DNA from: Candidatus Bathyarchaeota archaeon
Lineage (GTDB): Archaea > Thermoproteota > Bathyarchaeia > Bathyarchaeales > Bathycorpusculaceae
Direction: 5' to 3'
DNA: 64,000 nt
Assembly: GCA_963815095.1 (NCBI GenBank)
Contig: CAWFFH010000003.1
Coordinates: 832,001-896,000 of the forward strand
Part shown: positions 21,489 through 31,673 of the stretch, piece after piece
Layout: each line of letters begins with the position of its first letter
Position numbering within the stretch: the first letter of the stretch is position 1
Notes under the pieces: model-generated
Told to the model about the DNA's origin: nothing
Seen by the model: only the letters and a program-made list of their open reading frames with translations
Databases searched by the model: none
Made by a program: the position numbers and the translations under genes

Positions 21489-22923
21489 CGCTCAAAGTCG
21501 TCGATGCTTCCACCCAGATGAGCTTCAAGCTCAGTGGGAAGGTCTTCGGGAAGACTACCGGCTCCATCAGGCGTCCAAGGTTGCGCAGGTTGATGCAGTT
21601 AAGGGTGATACTGGAAAGTTCTTCAGCGAAATTTGCCATCTTAAACCTTTTGCATATCAGCTTGAGCTAGCAGAGTTGTATCGGCGTTATCAGTTTTTGG
21701 CTGTTAGGTGGCCTAGGCAGACGGGCAAGAGCACCTCCATCGGTGGACTCCTTTTGGAGGATGCCTATGAGAATAACGATCTCAATATTGGGTTCATTGG
21801 ACCCAGCTTTCGCCAAACCAAACTCAACCTCCGGCGCGTAGCGGGTTTTTGCCGCAACCTACCTTCTGGAACTTGTAGCATTCAAAGAACCCGCATAAGC
21901 TTCAAAAACGGCTCCTTCATTGAAGCTTTTCCAAATAATCCTGAAACAATTCGAGGCAATACTTTTCATAGGCTTTGGTGGGATGAGACCAACTTTACTG
22001 CAGGTGATGACGACCTCTACGACGCCATCCTGTTCACCTTGGGAACCACAAACGGCAAGCTCATCGCTAGCAGTACTCCCTTCAACACCGACTCCCTGTT
22101 CTGGAGAATGTGCAACCACAAAGACTTCACCGACTTTGCAAGACACCATTTCTCCTTCGAGGCAGCCTTGGATCCTAAGGGTCCACTTAATGCGGCGATG
22201 GTTGAGCGGATAAGGAAACAGTTTGGGGATGACCCAACTCGGTGGCGGCGGGAGATGGAGGCGGAGTGGGCTGAAGATGAGGATGTGTGGTTACCGCAGA
22301 GCTTGATTGTTTCGTGTATTGGCACGGCTAAGAATTGTGGTTGAGACCTCGAAGTTTACGATACTGAAAAGTGTTATAGTGGAGATTTTTTTGTTGGCTT
22401 AGATATAGGTCAAGTAAGAGACTACACCTCCCTGACTGTTGTCGAGCGGGTTGATGACATGATCTATTTGAGGCATCAAAAGCTGTTTCCACATCCCACC
22501 AATCATGCACACATCTTAGGCTACCTCAAACGATTGCAGGACCAATGGGGGGGCTTCCAGAAAATTCGCGTAGATTTCACCCGCGAAGGACCCAGCCTAA
22601 TCAAAGACATGGAAACTGCAGGGATAGAAAACGCTGAAGGCGTAAACTTTAGTGTTCCCCGCAAAAGCGAAATGGCGTATCTTTTAAAAAAACGGATGAT
22701 GAATCAACAAATCCGCTTTCCCTTGCTTACCTGGGAAAAACCCTACCGAAGCGACATATGCACCGAACTAAACGTTGAAAAATACCAACTGCGCAAAGAC
22801 GGCAACATAGGATACAGCCACCCAAACGGGACCCACGACGATGTATTCTGGAGCTTCGCGTTGGCTGTTTACGGAACAGTTGACATGGAACCCGAACCAT
22901 TCTTGGCTATAGTGCCTCGATAA
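21463..22923 (+). pseudogene. Phage terminase large subunit (ATPase + RNase H-like nuclease) split by in-frame TGA at 22342-22344
   Basis: YQ adenine motif, RQTGKST Walker A, IRG..WWDE Walker B, SSTP motif III; same frame continues through FVGLDIGQVRDYT, VDFT and HDDVFWSFALA. Confidence 0.85.
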
Positions 22924-23136
22924 ACTGTTAGTTTGTATCAGAAAACGAGAAATGAGTTAAAATGGTTCGAGGTCAGCCCCAGTCCGCAGGAAAAGGTCTC
23001 CTGTTGGCAAAAAACTCAGCCAGAGGAGGGTATAAAGCTAAAAAGTTTGGTATTTTATTTTGTTGTGATGTTAAGCTATTTGGCGGTAAGTCTTTCCTAC
23101 GGTATCCCCGATTTTGGAAAGGCCTTGGTTGGATGT

Positions 23137-23388
23137 TCAAGCGGAATTGCTGGCAACAATTAGAACTTGATCAGTCAAGAAATCTGTCAATTTTTTTAAG
23201 CTTGCTTTCTTGTGTGTGGCTAAATGATTCTTTATGGCGCCGTTCATAGCCTTCAAGTCGGGCACTACTAGAATTTCAAAGCCGCAGGAACATTTGATAA
23301 TTGGCATGCGTGTTTGATTTTCAACAAACTTGCTGGTCTGATCTTGGGTAAAAATGAAGTTTGTTTCTTGGGTGCCTTTTTTCTTCAT
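23137..23388 (-). CDS. Small putative Zn-binding hypothetical protein
   Basis: IIKCSCGFEILVVPDLKAM..HLATH; start uncertain. Confidence 0.6.
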   Translation of the reverse strand: MKKKGTQETNFIFTQDQTSKFVENQTRMPIIKCSCGFEILVVPDLKAMNGAIKNHLATHKKASLKKLTDFLTDQVLIVASNSA

Positions 23389-23662
23389 GATTATTTCTTT
23401 GCTCCGAGAATGGAAGTTTATTGTTGTTTGGCAAAATTTATTGACTTGTTGTAGGCGTGGCACAGTCACAACTGCATCGCAATTTATGGGTAATTCTTCT
23501 TATTTATGTATCATTCAATTTATTTTGTTGCAATAACATGTAATATGCTAATAAAAAGCAAAATTGCTTGAATTAAACAACAGCAAAACAACAAAGCTTA
23601 TTACATTCTGCTTCATAACATACAGATATATATGAATAAATTCGAAGGAAAGGAAATTAAAG

Positions 23663-23956
23663 ATGAGACGATCAAAACTCGAAATGTACATTGACATCAT
23701 TAAAATGTTGGCACACTCAGGTCCATCAAAGTTAACACACATCATGTACAAAGCTAACCTCAACTGCAGCATTCTCAACGAGTATTTGGACTTCTTAATC
23801 AAACAGGGTCTTGTCGAAAAACGAACCATTGAAAAAGATCATACAGTTTTCGTAGTTACTCAAAGAGGCATAAATGTACTGAAGTATTTCCGAGAACTCA
23901 CGCAATCGCTGCCGCTAGAACAAGAAACCCAACGACAAAAGACACAATTGCTATAA
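23663..23956 (+). CDS. Archaeal winged-helix transcription regulator
   Basis: MRRSKLEMYIDI..THIMYKANLN..YLDFL..GLV..VTQRG. Confidence 0.85.
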   Translation: MRRSKLEMYIDIIKMLAHSGPSKLTHIMYKANLNCSILNEYLDFLIKQGLVEKRTIEKDHTVFVVTQRGINVLKYFRELTQSLPLEQETQRQKTQLL

Positions 23957-24271
23957 TAACCGACCAATGGTCTTTAGAACCACGCCACAGAGAATTACCG
24001 AAAACTTGCGATGCTTTCTTAAAAGGTGTCGTATCTGACAAAAAAACCTTGAATACCTTTAATATTTTTTAAAGGTCTGATTATAAGGCAAATGCTTTTT
24101 ATTATAAGGACACAAATTTGGGGCTCCATTAAATTTTAATAACTTTAAAAGATGCTTAAAACAAAACAAATATTCTATCTATTGAAAAACATTTTTCAGG
24201 TAAAATCAATTCACTTATTCAAAGTCAGAGTTAAAATAAGACCCAAAATTGAAGCCTAAAGAATTAAGCAG

Positions 24272-24287
24272 TGAGTGTTCTCTCTCA
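24272..24287. promoter_or_regulatory. TGAG-N8-CTCA palindrome upstream of wHTH/DUF1724 regulator
   Basis: TGAGTGTTCTCTCTCA; same geometry as sites at 30371, 31210 and 34589. Confidence 0.4.
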
Positions 24288-24349
24288 ACTATTAGGAATC
24301 GATAATAATTACCTAAGATATATGGGTACACAATATATGAGTTGATGTC

Positions 24350-25135
24350 TTGGATTATCTGTCGCCTCTTAGATCAGAACTTAAACTTAAAATTTTATTA
24401 AGTCTCTTAACCGGTGAGAGAAAAATAGCTGACCTTAGATCTGATGTTGAGACCCGAGATACCACCATTCTTCACGTTCTTGGAGAATTTGGTGAGCTAG
24501 GCCTAATAACAAAGTCGCAAGGAGTGTACCGATTGTCTTCTCTTGGTCTACTTGAAACCAACGTTTTTAAAGAGCTCATTTCAACAACCGACGTTATTGA
24601 AAAGTTTAAGGACTTTTGGTTGTCACACAACGTTACTGATATACCCTCATATCTTCTTCTAAACTTAGGTGCATTAAGCGACGCTTCGATAGTTCGCACT
24701 GAAGCGACCGATCTGAACCTCGTTCACGAAAAAATCGTAAATATTCTAAAATCCTCAAAAAGGATCATGGGAATTTCGCCAGTATTTCATGGCGATTATG
24801 TTCCGGTTGTCGAAAAATCGTTGAAAGAAGGCAATTCTGTGACCTTAATATTTACCCCTAAAGTTCTAAAGAAAGCTTCGGCGTTAGCAGAGACAGGAAT
24901 CATAAAAAAATATGTTCTGGAAGGGAAATTGAAAATCTTCGTAAATGAGGACGTAAAGATTGCTCTAACTGTGGCCGAGAATAGTTTTTCTATGGGCTTA
25001 TTTAATCTAAACGGTGAATACGATTATGGCATAGACTTGATGTCCACAAGCAAGGCAGCCATCGAATGGGGTGAACATCTCTTTGAAGATGTCGCTAAAC
25101 GAAGTATGCCAATGGACATAAAGTCATTGATTTAA
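24350..25135 (+). CDS. wHTH + DUF1724 (FilR1-like) transcription regulator
   Basis: N-terminal ArsR-like wHTH; FWLSHNVTDIP; GISPVF; AIEWGEHLF. Confidence 0.8.
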   Translation: MDYLSPLRSELKLKILLSLLTGERKIADLRSDVETRDTTILHVLGEFGELGLITKSQGVYRLSSLGLLETNVFKELISTTDVIEKFKDFWLSHNVTDIPSYLLLNLGALSDASIVRTEATDLNLVHEKIVNILKSSKRIMGISPVFHGDYVPVVEKSLKEGNSVTLIFTPKVLKKASALAETGIIKKYVLEGKLKIFVNEDVKIALTVAENSFSMGLFNLNGEYDYGIDLMSTSKAAIEWGEHLFEDVAKRSMPMDIKSLI

Positions 25136-25273
25136 GAAAGCGATTCTTGCGTTTTCTTCAATTGGATTAAGTCGTTAATTTTAACTCGATTTTCACTTGA
25201 TTATCTGAATGGGTAAATGTGGATTTTGAATATAGATTAGGTCTTCATAAGTCTCAATACTTATCGAGAATCT

Positions 25274-26206
25274 ATGTTTGGATGGAGAAAGTTCATGAAG
25301 GCTCTATCCACTAAAATAGAACCAGCCAAACCCTCAAAAAATTATGCAAATCACCTTCTGAAAATAACCTATTTTCGAGCAAGCAAAATTACAAAATTCA
25401 TGACTTCAACATCACTCTTCCTATCTTTGTATGCATCATTGGTAGTAGTTTTTAGTTTTCTCGTATATGGACATAGCATTGCCCCCGAGATTGTCTTGGC
25501 AGCATTCCTGGTAACCTTTTCAATATATAGTTTGAATAAGGCCACTGATAAGATAGAGGATGCGATCAATTCCCCAAATATTGAGTCAAGATCTCGCTCA
25601 TATTATGTGATTGCTTCGGTTTCCGCAATGATTGCCTGTCTCTCAATTGGCGTATTAGATGGTTTGAAGGTTCTTCTTGTTTTATCAATGCCTTTTGCGA
25701 TCGGTCTTGTTTACAGTGTTAGAGTAGCTAAAACCTTGCCTCGCCTTAAAGAAATTACAGGGGTGAAAAGCTTTATAGTCGCACTTAGCTGGGCTGTGAC
25801 AGGCGCTTTTCTGCCATATGCGCTTGGAGCCGTACAATTTCAAATAGTATTCTTCGTTTTCACTTTCATATTTATTCAAGTGCTGGTAAAAGAAGTTATT
25901 TTTGACTCCTTGGATATGAAAGGAGACAAGGTTTCTGGAGTAACTACGATTCCTATGGTTTTGGGAAAACGGAGGACAAAATTCTTTTTAGTGATTATAA
26001 ACGCATTCTCCGGATTACTGGTAATGTTTTCCACTTTTAGTGGCTTAATTGTTCAATTTGTTTCTTTATCGATCTTCGGTATCGTGTTTAGTTTCTTAAT
26101 AATTTGGCTTTTTGTTGGCAAAGATCATAAGAAACTCCATGGGGAACCAGTTGTTGAAGGAAAATGGATGCCTGTAGCAGATTTAATAAAATCTATCCTG
26201 CGTTAA
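25274..26206 (+). CDS. UbiA-family prenyltransferase
   Basis: NKATDKIED and DSLDMKGD Asp motifs; YS..RLKEITGVK; GVTTIP. Confidence 0.8.
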   Translation: MFGWRKFMKALSTKIEPAKPSKNYANHLLKITYFRASKITKFMTSTSLFLSLYASLVVVFSFLVYGHSIAPEIVLAAFLVTFSIYSLNKATDKIEDAINSPNIESRSRSYYVIASVSAMIACLSIGVLDGLKVLLVLSMPFAIGLVYSVRVAKTLPRLKEITGVKSFIVALSWAVTGAFLPYALGAVQFQIVFFVFTFIFIQVLVKEVIFDSLDMKGDKVSGVTTIPMVLGKRRTKFFLVIINAFSGLLVMFSTFSGLIVQFVSLSIFGIVFSFLIIWLFVGKDHKKLHGEPVVEGKWMPVADLIKSILR

Positions 26207-26441
26207 TCAAATAGATTATCGAGTTTCACGGATGAAATAAGATTTGATAAGATTTGTTTAATACTCAACTGTCCAAAAGTTAGGTGTTAGTGCTGGTCTA
26301 ACTCGTATGATCTCGCAGTCTGTTATTCCTCTTAGTTACAGTTGTTTTGGCTGTTGGATTTGTGAAAAGTTAATCCACATAATTGTAGTGAGTCGTAAGA
26401 CTTATAAGAATAGCTAATGCAATAAAACAGTTGACCCAAAA

Positions 26442-27245
26442 TTGAATAGCGTCTCGAGTAATACTAAATCTGTCAGCAGAACTATCTTTCTTATCTCAGT
26501 CGTAATATTACTCGTGGTTTGCGTTACAGTCGGTTTTGTAGGGTACAACAACACAAATAATCTCCAAACCAGCTACAACTTACTGCAAACCGACCAACAG
26601 AACCTTAATTCTACATACACCCAGTTACAAACAACATATAATCAGTTACAAGAATCAAACCAGAACCTGCAGATACAATTAGCATTACTTCAATCAAACA
26701 ATAGTCAACTTCAAAATACCAACATCATCCTTCAATCCCAGTGGGGTTTACTCGACGACCAATTTACCTCACTTAACAGTCAGTACAAACAATTGCAATC
26801 AACCAACAATCAGTCCCAGACACAGATAGCTAATCTTCAACACCAGATTGCAAGCCTTCAGTCACAATTATCGAACGCGACAATTTTAATCGCTCAGTTG
26901 CAAGGTCAAACAGGAATCATACCCTCGTACATAGACCTGCATTACGTCGAACCCACAGGTTCACCGAGTTATTACTTTTTGCAATTGTCACTGAAAAATA
27001 CTGGAGAAGTGCCCATAAAACAGATATTTGTTACTTTCAATTCTGTCCGGATTCCGATGACCTTCACGTATCTGAATTCAACGATTAGTGCTGACATACC
27101 ACTTCCTCCAAACCAAACGACTAATGGAGGTCAGAGCGTCACGCCGCCAGTCAATAACGTTGGCACCTATCCACTGGTAATCCAGGGATGGGCCACCAAC
27201 TCGTCAGTCTATACCTATCAAACAACAATAACTGCCCACCTATAA
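26442..27245 (+). CDS. Membrane-anchored coiled-coil surface protein
   Basis: N-terminal TM, Q/L/N heptad repeats, beta-rich C-terminal domain (LKNTGEVPI). Confidence 0.65.
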   Translation: MNSVSSNTKSVSRTIFLISVVILLVVCVTVGFVGYNNTNNLQTSYNLLQTDQQNLNSTYTQLQTTYNQLQESNQNLQIQLALLQSNNSQLQNTNIILQSQWGLLDDQFTSLNSQYKQLQSTNNQSQTQIANLQHQIASLQSQLSNATILIAQLQGQTGIIPSYIDLHYVEPTGSPSYYFLQLSLKNTGEVPIKQIFVTFNSVRIPMTFTYLNSTISADIPLPPNQTTNGGQSVTPPVNNVGTYPLVIQGWATNSSVYTYQTTITAHL

Positions 27246-27680
27246 TCAGTCATCGCAGTGGTTCTGTAGGGTAAATTTTTGGATTGAAAAACGCTAGTGC
27301 GAATTGTACCACTCAACAATTGTGCGCGCAATCTGCTCTGAATAACCAGCCTTAACTAACATTTGGACAAATTCTTGATCGCTCAAACGCATTACCCACC
27401 ACATCTCAAGCCTCGATTAATATTAAGCGATATTTCGGTTCTGTGAATATTTCGGAAAATATTCCCGACGGACCTTACATTGATTGAGCACATGAAAACA
27501 TAACATTTTAAGTGCCAATTAGCCAAATGTCAATAGTTTGAAAGAATGTCAGCACAGTCATACTAAATAACAAAGCGTTATGATATTGATTGTTTAATTT
27601 TTCATAACAATTATGAACAGATCTCAACCACATTTATATCGAGTCAAAGGTAATCAATATCAAGAAAGCAAGGTGAAAAA

Positions 27681-27743
27681 ATGGAAAAAACAACCCCAAA
27701 GAAAACTGCCCCAAAAGAAACCCTGTACTTCCCACACGTATAG
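27681..27743 (+). CDS. Putative 20-aa micro-protein (MEKTTPKKTAPKETLYFPHV)
   Basis: AGGTGA RBS 4 nt upstream of ATG; TTTATA box at 27633. Confidence 0.4.
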   Translation: MEKTTPKKTAPKETLYFPHV

Positions 27744-27752
27744 GTGAAAAAA

Positions 27753-27875
27753 ATGATTGCAGAAATAGTATTTGCTCTAAGCACAAGCATGTTGATGGCA
27801 GCCTTTGCATATTACAACATCAAATACCGAAAATTCATCAAATACAACACTTCCAAACATAACAACAGGAGATGA
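27753..27875 (+). CDS. Putative 40-aa single-TM micro-protein
   Basis: AGGTGA RBS overlapping previous stop; MIAEIVFALSTSMLMAAFAYYNIKYRKF.. (hydrophobic then basic). Confidence 0.45.
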   Translation: MIAEIVFALSTSMLMAAFAYYNIKYRKFIKYNTSKHNNRR

Positions 27876-28090
27876 CCATATCAGACCAGGAATTATCAAA
27901 CCAAAATCTTTCGAGAATACCTTCAATTCCTCTTTTTTAATCAAAATATAGCTCGCCTATGACACCAAACTAAATATCTTGCAAGGCAAAGACCTGAAAA
28001 AATTGGCAGGTTAGAATAGATGCTAGCCGTTCATCAAAATACTGAAACTTTAATATCCCGCTTCTTTCCAATAAAATGTGAAGCATTATT

Positions 28091-28930
28091 ATGACAATTT
28101 TTCAGGCACCAACTAAGCTTTCGAAAGGCATGCGCCTTATCTTGCTAGCAGCGAGCATTCTTGTTCTTTCAGCAGGAGTTGATCTCACCCTCCTCACTGA
28201 ACAGACTGCCACCTCGTTTGCTTGGACCATCCAATCCTCAATAACAGCTGCCTTCCTAGGCGCAGGCTACCTAGCTAGCTTCCTGCTTGAATTTCTTGCG
28301 TATCGGCAAAAGACATGGGCCAACGCCCGTATAGCCGTACCATCAGTTCTCATATTCACAGTCCTAACTCTGATTACAACCATTTTACACTTCGACAAAT
28401 TCCATTTTAACAGTCCCATATTTTCAGCTATGTTAGCCGCTTATCTATGGTTAGCTATTTACGTCGCAGTCCCAATCGTCTTGCTGATTATTCTTATCAA
28501 TCAAATCAGGCTGCAAAGTTCGACACCGAAACGAAAAGCCCCACTGTACACTTGGATGCGCCTTGTACTCGCAACTCAAGGAATAATAATGCTGGTTACA
28601 GGCTTGATCTTATTCTTGTTGCCTTCGACAGCCTCAACCTTCTGGCCTTGGGCACTCACCCCATTAACGAGTGGCGCGATTGGTTCCTGGCTTCTTGGAA
28701 TTGGCATTATAGCATTGCATATGACGTGGGAAAACGATCATCAGCGCAACAAGATTGCATATATAAGTTATACAGCGCTGGGGGTACTTCAAGCGCTATC
28801 ATTAGTGCGCTATAGCGGGGAGGTCGGCTGGTCCACGGAGGGCAGCTGGGTTTATCTGATTTTTGTCGTCAGCATTATTGCAACGGGATTATTAGGGTGG
28901 AAAGCTTCAAGGCAAGTAAAAATCGATTAA
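28091..28930 (+). CDS. Integral membrane protein (about 8 TM, internal duplication)
   Basis: FAWTI..TAAFLGAGY repeated as WPWALTPLTSGAIGSW. Confidence 0.65.
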   Translation: MTIFQAPTKLSKGMRLILLAASILVLSAGVDLTLLTEQTATSFAWTIQSSITAAFLGAGYLASFLLEFLAYRQKTWANARIAVPSVLIFTVLTLITTILHFDKFHFNSPIFSAMLAAYLWLAIYVAVPIVLLIILINQIRLQSSTPKRKAPLYTWMRLVLATQGIIMLVTGLILFLLPSTASTFWPWALTPLTSGAIGSWLLGIGIIALHMTWENDHQRNKIAYISYTALGVLQALSLVRYSGEVGWSTEGSWVYLIFVVSIIATGLLGWKASRQVKID

Positions 28931-29279
28931 TCTCCAATAGCGTAGCAGTGAGAAATTTGACTTTAAAGGCCACATCCGACTGGAAATAGGATCTCTATCT
29001 GTAAAAAAAATACCTATTTGAAAGAGTTCGATTTTTCCTTAGCTGTTGTGGTTTGACCCATGGTTCAAATCCCATGGAAACCAACATGATCCACATCAAC
29101 CCGTTCAGGTAAGTCCAGTCTGACTATATCTCAACATCTTCTTATCAGTTAATGGAGATAAAATTCCCACGTTTTAGGTTCTTAATACAATAATTATTCT
29201 ATTAATATTCCGTATGAAACGTGAGCCAATAGAGTTATATTGACTGTGCAACCATCTGATTTATAGGAGAATTTTTGAA

Positions 29280-29666
29280 ATGACTACTGATGGGAACAAA
29301 GTCATCGTTCTCAGATTCATCAAAGAAGTTTTGGGCGGCGGCAATATCGATCTTATCGACGAATTGCTAGCACCGAACTATGTGAATCCGAGTATGGGCG
29401 TCACTAATCGACTTGGTTTCAAGGCTGTGATTTCCGGTCTGAAGACCACTGCGCCAGCACGCGATTTTCAAATCGCAGACCTAGTGGCCGAAGGCGACTC
29501 AGTCGTATTTCGAGGCAGCATGAACTTTACCCTCTCCACCGGGAAAAAAGCCTCTGCCAGAGTTATCACCTATTACCGTCTCGTCAACGGGAAGATCGTA
29601 GAAGATGAACCGATAAGTACCCCACCTCTAACCGAATTGTTGGCCGACATGATGCCGCCGAAATAA
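29280..29666 (+). CDS. SnoaL/NTF2-like (ester cyclase) protein
   Basis: NKVIVLRF..GNIDLIDELLAPNY, VAEGDSV, NGKIVE. Confidence 0.8.
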   Translation: MTTDGNKVIVLRFIKEVLGGGNIDLIDELLAPNYVNPSMGVTNRLGFKAVISGLKTTAPARDFQIADLVAEGDSVVFRGSMNFTLSTGKKASARVITYYRLVNGKIVEDEPISTPPLTELLADMMPPK

Positions 29667-29791
29667 GGTTCCTAAGCTACATCTTCAAAAGTAAGAGTCT
29701 TGCGAGTGCTTATTGGGCCAAGGATCCCCTCATGATTGATATTTCGGAAATGACCAATGGGATTTTTTTTAAACATTTTCCTTAAATTTTT

Positions 29792-30360
29792 TCAAGTTAA
29801 TTTTGTGGGTTTGTGGCTCTTGATGAAGGTTCCCTCTTCGAGTTCTTCGAACGCTTTGTCTAATTCCTCTTCAGTGTTCATCACAATTGGTTCTCTCCAC
29901 GCAACTGGCTCGTTCAAAGGTTCACCAGCTACAAAAAGAAATCGAGCACCAGATAGGCTTGAAATTTTAACTGAATCGCCTCTACTGAAAACGGCGCATT
30001 GTCCATTTTTAATTTTCTGATCAGCAACTTCGACAGATCCGTTTATGAAGTAAATAAAAACTATAAGGTTTTTGTGCGTCAAATGTTGGAATTCTTTTCC
30101 AGCAGCCAACTCAACGTCAAAATATTCGGTTTCAGTCGACTGGTCCCGAACGGGTCCTTCAACTCTATCTATTTTACCCGCTATGACTTCAATCGTTTGA
30201 ACGTCTTTCACGAATGTAGGTATTTGCTCATTTGTTATCCCCGATATTTTGGATCAGTCATCTTCCTTTTAGCTGGCTGATTCACCCAGAGCTGAAATCT
30301 CTGCATTAAACCGTCATATTTTTGGAGCAATTCTTGATGGAAAATGCCTGATTTTAGATT
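29792..30360 (-). pseudogene. Pirin-family gene remnant (5'-truncated, 1-nt deletion near 30238)
   Basis: GIFHQE..FQLWVN.PAKRKMTDPKYRG, then shifted frame ..VIAG..GPV..GEPLNEPVAW..PIVMNT. Confidence 0.8.
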
Positions 30361-30363
30361 CAT

Positions 30364-30387
30364 TGGTGTTTGAGTTTTGTCACTCAC
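30364..30387 (+). repeat. 24-bp direct repeat, copy 1 (contains TGAGT-N6-ACTCA palindrome)
   Basis: TGGTGTTTGAGTTTTGTCACTCAC, identical at 31203..31226. Confidence 0.9.
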
Positions 30388-30457
30388 CCATCCTAATATT
30401 GAATGAACTCTAACTAATTTTTCGCATATGACTTTAGCGTTTGAGGGAGGTGAAAAA

Positions 30458-31054
30458 ATGAATAAGAAAATCTTAGCTTTCATATCTGTACTTCTATTGG
30501 CATCTATGGCCGTACCCGCTCTTGTTCAGGCAACACCTCTGAAGGAAAAAAACAATGACAAATTCCTAACCTGGAGCGACTCAGCAACCTTTAGCCTTTT
30601 TAACATACTCGGTGGTGACCATCAATACGTTCCTTCAGTTGAAGAAACGAATAAACTAGTTATAAACTACGACGAATCATTCATAACTTATACAATTACA
30701 ATCGGCAGCCACACCTACAATCTGGGTACTGACTTCACATACACTGGTCACGTCGAATACACCTATTTTGACCCTGTGTTTGAAGGACCAGCAGGTCTAC
30801 TTTTCCCTTCGTCTTATAGCGCATCACAAGTTAAAGTCGACTATACACTTGACTTTTCAGCCATTGCAGGTGGCGTAGACGGAACCGTTAACATGAGGGC
30901 AGTGTTTGGCCCCGGGAACAGCGGAATAACGAGTTTGTCAGGAACAGGTGACTTACAAAACGTTCAGGTAAAACTTGCCAACGGAGAGTCAGGGGTATCC
31001 GGCTACGTAGTTAGTATCGCGCACGCAGGCTTAGTTTCTGGTTGGCCAGAATAA
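30458..31054 (+). CDS. Secreted hypothetical protein
   Basis: GGAGGTGA RBS; signal peptide MNKKILAF..VQA. Confidence 0.7.
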   Translation: MNKKILAFISVLLLASMAVPALVQATPLKEKNNDKFLTWSDSATFSLFNILGGDHQYVPSVEETNKLVINYDESFITYTITIGSHTYNLGTDFTYTGHVEYTYFDPVFEGPAGLLFPSSYSASQVKVDYTLDFSAIAGGVDGTVNMRAVFGPGNSGITSLSGTGDLQNVQVKLANGESGVSGYVVSIAHAGLVSGWPE

Positions 31055-31202
31055 ATGTGATAGCCGTTAACACTTTTCCCTTTTTTTTTAAATCTTTCAA
31101 GTTAATCCTGCATGAAGCTACATCAACAAAGGAATTAATATTAAAACACAATTTCGAAGTACACTTAGTCTTCTCAACTTATGCTTACCCAACGGAATGC
31201 AA

Positions 31203-31226
31203 TGGTGTTTGAGTTTTGTCACTCAC
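31203..31226 (+). repeat. 24-bp direct repeat, copy 2 (putative operator/promoter element)
   Basis: Identical to 30364..30387; both are followed by ATCCTA(A/T)AT and then a gene start. Confidence 0.9.
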
Positions 31227-31277
31227 TTAATCCTATATGCTGAAATCAACTGTTAGGTTAATTGTAAAGGGCGAATT

Positions 31278-31673
31278 ATGCCAGAAATCAAATGGACAAC
31301 ACTATCCCAAGTTAATCCTCAACAAAACTACTTCGCCTATGCTGCACTTGCAGAACGGAAAACCGCTTGGTCCTATTTTAGTTACCTTATGAGAGCACGA
31401 AAAATCCAAAACCAGCTAAACCACACGGAAGGAATAGTTGGTTTTACGGCGCGATTGGATTTCCTCAGCAAAAAAGTAATCCAGTTAGCCGTCTTCAAAA
31501 ATGAAAACTCTCTCAAAGAGTTTGCGCATTCTGGACAACACGCCAACTGCATGGCAAACACAAAAAGCAGCATGAAATGGCTCAAACAATCCACTTGGAA
31601 TATTTTAGGCTCTGAAATTCCTCCAAACATGCCTGATGCTCTTAATAGGATTGAAGCGGAGGTGAGAACATAA
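31278..31673 (+). CDS. Dimeric alpha-beta barrel (DUF3291/ABM-like) protein
   Basis: QL..TEGIVGF..F.NE.SL.EFAHSGQH pattern. Confidence 0.6.
   Translation: MPEIKWTTLSQVNPQQNYFAYAALAERKTAWSYFSYLMRARKIQNQLNHTEGIVGFTARLDFLSKKVIQLAVFKNENSLKEFAHSGQHANCMANTKSSMKWLKQSTWNILGSEIPPNMPDALNRIEAEVRT

Noticed and set aside
22342-22344. TGA as selenocysteine (C-G-U context)
   Set aside because: Linker position in a terminase, no known selenoprotein family, and no SECIS recognisable downstream
30364-31226. 24-bp repeat as a CRISPR or IS end
   Set aside because: Only two copies, 839 bp apart, flanking an ordinary gene; no cas gene or transposase; position fits a promoter element
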